The position numbers were made by a program, and so were the translations under genes. Below are positions 55,481 to 64,000 of a DNA stretch of 64,000 bases, in pieces; the first letter of the stretch is position 1; each line of letters opens with the position of its first letter. Under the pieces are notes generated by a model. The model was given only the letters and a program-made list of their open reading frames with translations, was not told the DNA's origin and made no database searches. The DNA is taken from positions 88,722,001 through 88,786,000 of the forward strand of contig OX597821.1 in the NCBI GenBank assembly GCA_951406725.2. Direction: 5' to 3'. Source of the DNA: Octopus vulgaris. Taxonomy: Eukaryota.

Positions 55481-55842
55481 ATCATGACCTATTATCCAAT
55501 AGAATATTCAATATATATGTGCACTTTCATTGGACATTAATAAATCAAAATAATGTTTCAGATAATACAGCACTAAAACACGGAAGTATATGAACATATA
55601 AGTATTTAATATTTAAAAATACGCAAATATTTAAAAATATAAAAAAAAAATTTAGAAATACTTTGGCATTATAGATATATAAATGCATAAATAGATGTAC
55701 AAATAGATATAAAAATACGTATAAAACGTCGAGATGATATAAAAAAACTCGTAGGTATTTAAAGCATTCAAAAATGCTCACATATATAACTACACAGGCA
55801 AAATATAAAACATCAACATAATATAAGACTTATGAAATTAAT

Positions 55843-55891
55843 AATTCACACGAGAATTATTAATTCACACGAGAATTATTAATTCACACGA
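55843..55891 (+). repeat. Short tandem repeat, ~2.6 x 19 bp (TAATTCACACGAGAATTAT)
   Basis: Direct inspection. Confidence 0.85.
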
Positions 55892-55996
55892 TAAGATACA
55901 AGGTAATAAAGACTCACTAGTTACTACACAGAGTCCGGTGGAAAATTTGAAATTACAGAGCATTAACATCATATAATAATACACAAAGTTAATGTT

Positions 55997-56481
55997 ACAT
56001 CGACGGGCTGTTTCGGAGATGTGTCCGATAATCTATATATATAAAAGTGAGGTTGTGTGGTGTCTGTCTCCTACGATTTAGATTCCTTACTCCCACATTT
56101 TGTGGTGCAGTTTAACCAAAACCGGGTATCTTATAGTCGTGATTGATATCGAGCCCTTCTGGGTATTAGCCCGCGTCTACGATGATTCTACGATTTAAAA
56201 ATAATTTACCATAATGTTTCCGCATTTTTAATGCATTTTCGCTCGGTTTATATAAGGGAAGTAACTCTCTAAAAAATGTATTATTAAATCTCAGAACCTA
56301 AAAAGCTACAGCAACACCCGCCTTTGTGGTTAGCCATATTGAGATGGCTATTATACTTTACATCTCTAAAAATGCTTGTATAGTTATTTCCCTTACAAAC
56401 CCGAGCAACGCCGGGCGATACTGCTAGTATGATATAAATTTAATATTCTTAATGAGACAGACACTCACCTCATCAGGATGC
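55997..56481 (-). ncRNA. Type I hammerhead ribozyme split by a Helitron inserted in its stem II loop
   Basis: Minus: GCATC-CTGATGA-GGTGAGTGTC..[insert]..GACACATCTCC-GAAAC agccc GTC-GATGT; stem I GCATC/GATGT, GUC triplet. Confidence 0.75.
56032..56427 (+). mobile_element. Non-autonomous Helitron (396 bp)
   Basis: Starts TC(TATATAT) and ends CTAG; subterminal hairpin CCCGAGCAACGCCGGG; inserted between A and T with no TSD. Confidence 0.85.
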
Positions 56482-57335
56482 TTCACAACAAGACACAATG
56501 ATAGCAACATATAAAAGGACAACTTACTTCGTTACAGTCTAGCCAATTTCAAAATGTCCTATTGATAATTCAGTAATCCCCTCTTATAGTTTCATTTTAC
56601 TGTTCTTTTATACGGTTTATAATTTTTTTTTAATTCCTCATCTGTTATAAACTCCATCAATTCTTCCTGTTCAACAACATTCGGACGTATATTCCTGATC
56701 CCATTATACTTCTAGGAAACAAATCTTCCATTCTTTCCATTCGGTCTTTGTCCAATAACACAGCTTTCTGATCACTATAAAACATGTTCGGATCCAATTC
56801 AACCCTCCATTTTTGCCAACCTCTTTTCTAATTCCATCTTCTTCATGTAAAACACCAACAATCTTAAATTCTTTCCTTTTGGTCTCCCTTCTCGTTCTAC
56901 ATATTCAAGTTGCATTGTCAGTCTCTCCTTTCCCTGCTCAATTCTGACTTCCATTTCCTCTGCATTTACACTAGTCATTGTTTGCTCCGTTTCTCGGGTT
57001 CGATGTTCTGCCGTTTCTATTTCTTCCGTTAATTTCTTTTTACCTTTATTTTTTTTTCGGACTTTTTGGTGGTGATTCCACAAGCGTTCTCTTTCTATCT
57101 ATAGTTAATTCTTCTTTCTTTCCTTCTTCTTTTTCCTTCTTTTTTTTCTTCCTCTCTCTCTGCGTCGTTGCACACCTCTATCTCTTCAACCAGTGATTCT
57201 TTTAGGGGGCACTCTGTTTGCATGTGTCCCCTGTTACATATTGGTGGTCTCCCTTTTCCTTCCTCTCTATCTGCGTCGTTGCAAGCCTATGATGGTTCTG
57301 TGTTTTTTCGTGTTTCTATAACAAAGTTTCTGGTT

Positions 57336-57415
<80 letters not shown>

Positions 57416-57440
57416 CACACACACACACATATATATATAC

Positions 57441-57676
57441 ATGGAAGGACTTGTCCCGAACTTTGGCATCGAGAGTTACACAAATACTAGAACTGGGCGC
57501 CACTGCATAGTGCCAAAGACTCCAAACTTGCCATCAAGATGTAAAACAAGATACTGCAATGGCCTGGGCGTCTGAGGTCCACAGCTCTTCAATATCTTTC
57601 CGAAGGACCTAGGAGACCTGCACGGGATGGATGTAGGTGTGTTCAAAATAAAGCTGGACCTCTTCCTGTCAGGTGC
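57441..57676 (+). mobile_element. CR1/L2-group LINE ORF2 C-terminal fragment
   Basis: MEGLVPNFGI..RTGRHC..GPQLFNIFPKDL..VGVFKIKLDLFLSG, matching the typical ..LFN.LP...FK.KLD.FL terminus. Confidence 0.75.
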
Positions 57677-57773
57677 AGTATCCCTGCATATCTCACGTCT
57701 GTTTTCATTCCTCCACTTCACTCCCTATTTCATATCTTCTCTAGATTAACTATTGCTCAACCTTCTGTCGCAC

Positions 57774-57823
57774 TGTCTCCGATGAAGTGATATATAAAAT
57801 ATCCCGGAAACAACTGTAAGACA
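57774..57823 (+). ncRNA. Type I hammerhead ribozyme motif (U4C core variant)
   Basis: TGTCT-CCGATGA-agtGATAT ataaa ATATCccg-GAAAC aact GTA-AGACA; perfect 5-bp stem I; element ends in (CA)n at 57890. Confidence 0.7.
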
Positions 57824-57879
57824 TTCTCTTTATAAATTTTCTGAATTCTTTCACGGCCCTAGATATTTATCGCATTCTG

Positions 57880-57939
<60 letters not shown>

Positions 57940-58004
57940 CCCTACTGTCCTTCTAGCGTCTAACGTCTGACATCTGACCTCTGACCTCTGCCTGAAGTCA
58001 GAAC

Positions 58005-58212
58005 GCCATGATAGATCGTTAGCTCCTACACGCATTTTTTTCTCTCCTTGTTTCTCTTCTTGTTTTTTTTTCTGTGTATCTTTCTGTCGAAGAGCGTAGG
58101 CTCGAAACGTAAAAGACTTGTTCTATTTCTATTCCTGAGCGCCGTACTAATACATTTGTTTGTTTGTACTCCACCTGCCTTCGTCTTTTGTTTATTTTCG
58201 TAAACCTTCCCG

Positions 58213-58213
<1 letters not shown>
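58005..58213 (+). mobile_element. Family P1 repeat copy with atypical hammerhead-like motif
   Basis: 58079-58116: TCTTT-CTGTCGA-A-GAGC gtag GCTC-GAAAC-GTA-AAAGA; followed by (TA)n; reverse complement of 23128-23318. Confidence 0.75.
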
Positions 58214-58265
<52 letters not shown>

Positions 58266-58621
58266 CATATATATATGTATATATATACATACATACATAC
58301 AAGTACCTACCGAGCCTTTTCTAAGGAAGAGAGAGAGAGAAGAAAAAAGGAACTGATCCTACCTATTTTATCTACAGAAATATTTTCAAAATATTTCATT
58401 TAATTTTTTTCTTCAATTTATTTTTTTATCTTATTAATTAATAACCATCTTGGTTTTGCTCTTAGTTGAAAATGTCGAAAAGTCTGAAACCGGTACTAAC
58501 TGTTACATAATGTATTTCATGATAAAATTATTTTAGCATTTTCTACCTTGTCTTATTTTCCTTATACGTATCAAATCTTAAGTTACTTTTCAACCTTCTA
58601 CATATACATACGTATATTTAC

Positions 58622-58683
<62 letters not shown>

Positions 58684-59039
58684 GTATGTATGTATGTGTG
58701 TATGTATATATATATGTATGTGTGCATACAAATATATGTGTATAAAACTGCAAAAAAGTGTGAGTACATATATACATGTATTGAAGTGTGTATGTGGTTT
58801 GAATCTACCTTTGTGCGTAGAAGAGTACTCCAATGTGGAAGATTCAATATAACTTATGTGAATTTCTGTCTGTGTGTGAAGGAATACTAGTGACCAAATA
58901 TATCTATGTATGTACGTATGCATATATACATATATTCACACACATAGATATACACACATACACACATACATATATATATATATATACATATACACACATA
59001 TATATAGACATACACATGTATACAGACATACATATATTT

Positions 59040-59070
<31 letters not shown>

Positions 59071-59617
59071 ATACGAAGAGGATACATATACCTATGATTC
59101 CGCTTATTTTTTGCATTCTACTTGTATATGTGCTTGTATATGTGTAAGCGTGTGCATGATTATAACACTATACTTCCATTTGCCTGCGTGCTTTTGTGAT
59201 TGTACACATTTTGGAAAATGAGCGGTGCATGTGTACGGGTGTATGTTTGCACTTATGAATTTGTGTATATGTGAGTGTTAGCGATAATGCATACATATAA
59301 GCACACATATATATATATATATGCATAAGTATAGGAACGAATGTGTGTGTCGTTCTTGTCTTGTGTCTTTTGTTTTAAACTTCTGGTAAGCAATTTTACT
59401 GAAGAGAAAATTATTTATCGGCTGGTGGTAAAATAGCTGCGGTGCAGGCGATGGTGTGTTGGATGTAGTTGTGCTTGCAGTGGCTGTTGTTGTGATTTTA
59501 TTGTTAAAGCGTTGCAGTAGAAACTTTATTGTTGTTGTTGTTGTTGTTGTAAAGATAGCTGTGGTAGTTGCTGTTGTTGTCGTGGTGAATGCTGTCAATG
59601 TTATTATTACTCTTGAA

Positions 59618-59650
<33 letters not shown>

Positions 59651-59663
59651 TTAGTAATAGGAT

Positions 59664-59712
<49 letters not shown>
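59618..59712. repeat. (GTA)n microsatellite
   Basis: Direct inspection; a second tract lies at 62129-62181. Confidence 0.95.
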
Positions 59713-59717
<5 letters not shown>

Positions 59718-60224
59718 TTGCATCGGTTGTTGTATTCGTTGTCATTGATGGTACTATAGAGACTAATTGTGGTGGGGTTTAGGGGGGGGGCGTTGGTGAC
59801 AGATTTAAATTAGCATATATATTAGTTCATTAAGACAGGTAGAGACGGGGGGAATGGTTTTTGGTGACATTTCATCAATAAAACGTGTTCCTGTCTGTGT
59901 CCAACAATTTCAAAGTATATATAAATATATATATGTGTGCGTGTGTTTTTTTTTTCTGTGTGTGTGTGTGTGTAGTAACTGAAGCTATGTGTATATACCT
60001 ATTCCTAAATTTATGTGAATGTGAGTCGGCATATATGTGCGTGAATTTGTATATATGTATGTATAAAAACATATATATATATATATATATTCATACATAT
60101 TTGTGTGTGTACGCACATACATACACACACACACATATATATATATACATATATATATATGCATGTCTTTCTATCTATTAATCTATCTCTTCATCTCTCT
60201 CTCCCTTCTGAATGTGTGCATGTT

Positions 60225-60273
<49 letters not shown>

Positions 60274-60368
60274 ATGTATATACATACACACATATATAAC
60301 TGTATATTCAGACATATATACATATATATATATAAATATATATATTTATATATATATAGGTATGTATA

Positions 60369-60413
<45 letters not shown>

Positions 60414-60417
60414 TATG

Positions 60418-60462
<45 letters not shown>

Positions 60463-61711
60463 CCAACGATATTTATTTAGCTTTCTTTTGCTGTGCAATA
60501 AATCAATAGAGATAATGATTTCTCCCTTTATTGAATGTTATTGTGTGCAAGGGAGGGGCTGAAGTAGAGTAGACTGCTCTGGTCTAGTTCATTGTCCGTA
60601 TGGAGGTTAGATATATAAACAATATTGCCGTTATTTAAATCACTTACGTCCAATGATGCAGACATGTCTTCGAGATAGTTTATACACACTTGTGGACACA
60701 CACTCACACAACCACTCACATATACAAAAACACACTTGCACACATATACACACTCGCACACATATAATAAAAGAGTAAGACACCCAAATTCATATGCATA
60801 TATATATATATACCTGTCTACACACATACGTACAGATATTGAACTTACCTACGGATTAATCTATATGTGTATATGTAATTATAGAAGCATGCGTACACAC
60901 ATACATATATATATACATATATATATATACACACAAATGTATACACTCACTTACACATATGCACATACATGCATATATACATACATGTGAAAACACAGTC
61001 ACACACATCATATATATCTACACGTAATTTGAGTAAGAAAAGCAAAGAAGCACATGACAGACATACAGAGATATTTGTGTGTGTCTGTACACACACACAT
61101 ACACACTCAAACACATACATATATATGTGTGTATATATATATATGTCTATATGCATATATAATATATATGTATATATATATGTGTGTGTGTGTGTATGTG
61201 TGTGTGTATGTGTATGTATGTATGTATATATATATATATATGTATGTATATATATATTTGAGAAGGTGGAAGTACGTTTCTGTGTATGTAACGATTCATA
61301 GATAGAAACGTATACGCTTACTTAAAATGTATGCGCATACATTCATATATATTCAATAGGTATTTGACAAATGTGTCTAGCGACATTGACAGCATAATAC
61401 AGTAATTAAACTCCACTGCAGGACACATGTTGCATTCTCCAATACGTTTCATTGAATCTGCATTGGAATTTGAATATTGAAAAAAAAAAAATAAATAAAA
61501 TAATTTTTTTTTTTCTTCATGGCTTCATTGTTGTTGTGATTTAAAATTATTACCTGAATTTTGTCTTGGTATTGTTAATGTTGAAACTGTTTATCGCTGA
61601 TGTTGTTTGTTTGCATCGTTGCTGTTGTTGTTGTTGTTGTTCGTAATAATGGTGTCGGTGTTTTGAATGATAAGGATGATGGTGATGATGACGATGATGC
61701 TGATAATTGTA

Positions 61712-61745
<34 letters not shown>

Positions 61746-61970
61746 GTGGTGGTGGTGGTGGTGGTGGTGGTGGTGATAGTATTGATTTTTTTTTTAATGC
61801 TCCTGCTTTTGTTGCTCGTGTTGTTACTTTTCCCGTTGTTGTTATTGTTGTTGTTGTTGATGTTTATTAATCTCCAATGAAATTGTTTTTCAATATTTAT
61901 ATATATATTTTACCAAACAAAGTATATAGAATATGAATTTGTGTGTGTATATGTATGACGGTCTGCACGC

Positions 61971-62007
<37 letters not shown>

Positions 62008-62128
62008 CTTCAATGGCAGTGTGTGTATAAGATACATTACGTATTCATAAACTACGCGTATTTTGTTCATATGATGATATTACCATTAAAATCGCATAGA
62101 AAGATCTTGATGACAAAATATATACAGT

Positions 62129-62182
<54 letters not shown>

Positions 62183-62299
62183 AAGAAGCAGCAACACCAA
62201 CAGCATTCGTAGTAGTAGCAGAAGTAGTAGAAGCAACAGCAATCTTAGTAGCAATACTAATACTGTAACTTGTACAAAAATAATACCAACAAAAACTAA

Positions 62300-62819
62300 T
62301 GTTGTGGAGTTCTAGAGCGAGGCAAGACGTAATATGAACACAAACCACAGAGAGTTGCAGAGTCGGAGACCTGCAGAATTCTGTGGAATTTCTCAATTAA
62401 AACAGTCAAAGTGCTTGAGAACAATAAGCTGGAGCTAGTGGTAGTGGGCAAAGGGAACCACAAGTTCTCTATAATTGATGTTGCGTACCCCATTGATACA
62501 CGAATAGTCAAGAAGAAAGACGGGACATGTACAGCCCTCTTGAATAGGAAATATCTTGAGTGTGAAAAAAACTAAGAAGGTAAAGACAGTATAAATTTAT
62601 GTTGGGTCCCTGGGGACAATACCAGGAGTCATCAAGACGAATTTATTGGAATTTAGTGTCGAATGTCAAGCAGAACTGTTACTAAAAGGTTTGTCTCCTT
62701 GACAATATCGGAATAATCTGGAAAGTATTAGAGAGCAGATAGCATAGTACTGTAGATTGCACATAGCAAGACAGCTACGCATGCAAGACTCCCGAAGCTT
62801 CAACAAAACCTCAGTTAAG
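62300..62819 (+). mobile_element. Decayed R4/Dong-like LINE 3' fragment (RLE domain and 3'UTR) ending in (TAA)n
   Basis: YEHKPQRVAESETCRILWNFSIKTVKVLENNKLELVVV..IIDVAYPIDTRI..YVGSLGTIP is homologous to YRHTPEKVTENEKATILWD..NRPDIVV of the 19380-22062 element. Confidence 0.8.
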
Positions 62820-62889
<70 letters not shown>

Positions 62890-62891
<2 letters not shown>

Positions 62892-63413
62892 TTCCCTGAT
62901 GCAGTACCAGGCAGTGGCTCTCGTGGTTTCTGATCTTAATTGATTGGAAGTGTTAGCATGTACGTTGTTTCGTCTTGGGCTACAGCAAATATTCTCAATA
63001 CCACAGATTTGCTTGTCAGTTGTTTGACCTTAAGCAGTTGAGCATGTCCCTTAGTGGATGATAACGAGCAGAAGTAGTGGGGGAGCATCATAGCCATGTG
63101 TCGAGAGGGATTCTTTGCGGTTTGAATAATTAACTTTTGGAAACAATGGTGTTTCGTTCAACATCCTTAAACAACCCTTATCCAGGGACCTATTGAGCGG
63201 GATTTGTTACTCGACCAGAAGAAAATTCTAACTGGGCCCCACCTGCAAGGTCATGTGCTGTTTATCTTGATATCAGATCACAATGTTGCGCACATATGGT
63301 TGTGATGCATGTGCCTAGTGTACCCTTATCAGACGGGTAGTCATGATGGATATACTGGGCTTCGTATATTTTACCCCAGTGTCACATTGATGGCATGAAC
63401 CGCTCTCTCACTC
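62890..63413 (+). mobile_element. Non-coding (TAA)n-flanked ~0.5-kb element, second copy
   Basis: Homologous to 18812-19304; (TAA)n at 62820-62889 and 63414-63548. Confidence 0.85.
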
Positions 63414-63464
63414 AATAATAATAATAATAATAATAATAATAATTATAATAATAATAATAATAAC

Positions 63465-63550
<86 letters not shown>

Positions 63551-63614
63551 CAATAACTATAACAACAACCATTATCATTTCTATCATTATCATCGTTGTC
63601 ATCGTCGTCGTCAT

Positions 63615-63930
63615 TATCACAAGAATATCAAAATATTTTATAATCGGCCGGATATTGTTGTCAATTGATTATCAGAAAATAAAAACCTGCCAATCGATGT
63701 CCCTGTCCCCGTGCAATTTAATGTATCTCTACAAGAGAGGGAAAGTCATTACCCAAGCGTAAAGATCGTGAAATATTGACTACCAGGAAGTGAGGACTGA
63801 AAGCAGGTACAACTCATGTTATGATAATATATGCCTTTGCAATTTTTAATGACACTTGCATAAAAATGCGTAATATCTCCATCTTAAGTACATTCACAAC
63901 ACACAGTCTTTGGTATTAGAAGAGATATGT
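63615..63930 (+). mobile_element. Further decayed R4/Dong-like RLE fragment
   Basis: NRPDIVV..LPIDVPVP..NVSLQE..KRKDREI..TRK*GLK homologous to NRPDIVV..IDVSIP..NVSLKE..KYKDLEIEVTRMWNLK. Confidence 0.7.
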
Positions 63931-64000
63931 CATCACATATCATAGAGTCATTGATATAATGAAAAACATAAACACAAAACTAACAGTGCGTGCACATGAA

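Noticed and set aside
55843-55891. CRISPR-like direct repeats
   Set aside because: Contiguous tandem repeat with no spacers, in a eukaryotic context

Overview
AT-rich, microsatellite-saturated metazoan non-coding DNA (intronic or intergenic). The SINE repertoire and repeat landscape look like a cephalopod, most likely Octopus; this is recognition, not a database result. I found no host protein-coding exon I can support, and nearly all listed ORFs are translations of (TA)n, (CA)n, (TAA)n or (GAT)n repeats. The window holds about 25 tRNA-derived SINE copies from several modular families. It also holds a 5'-truncated, frameshifted R4/Dong-like RLE-type LINE and three older fragments, all next to (TAA)n tracts along with a ~0.5 kb non-coding element. 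DNA transposons are a decayed mariner, an internally deleted maT/DD37D-like element and a short Helitron, and there are RTE and CR1-group fragments. The main finding is a dense set of type I hammerhead ribozyme (HHR) motifs in small non-coding repeats, mostly embedded in (TA)n or (CA)n. The best case is at 53909-55065: three identical canonical HHRs with an unusually long stem II, arranged as a 493-nt tandem unit plus an inverted copy. This resembles a retrozyme or Penelope-derived unit that could release a circular RNA.
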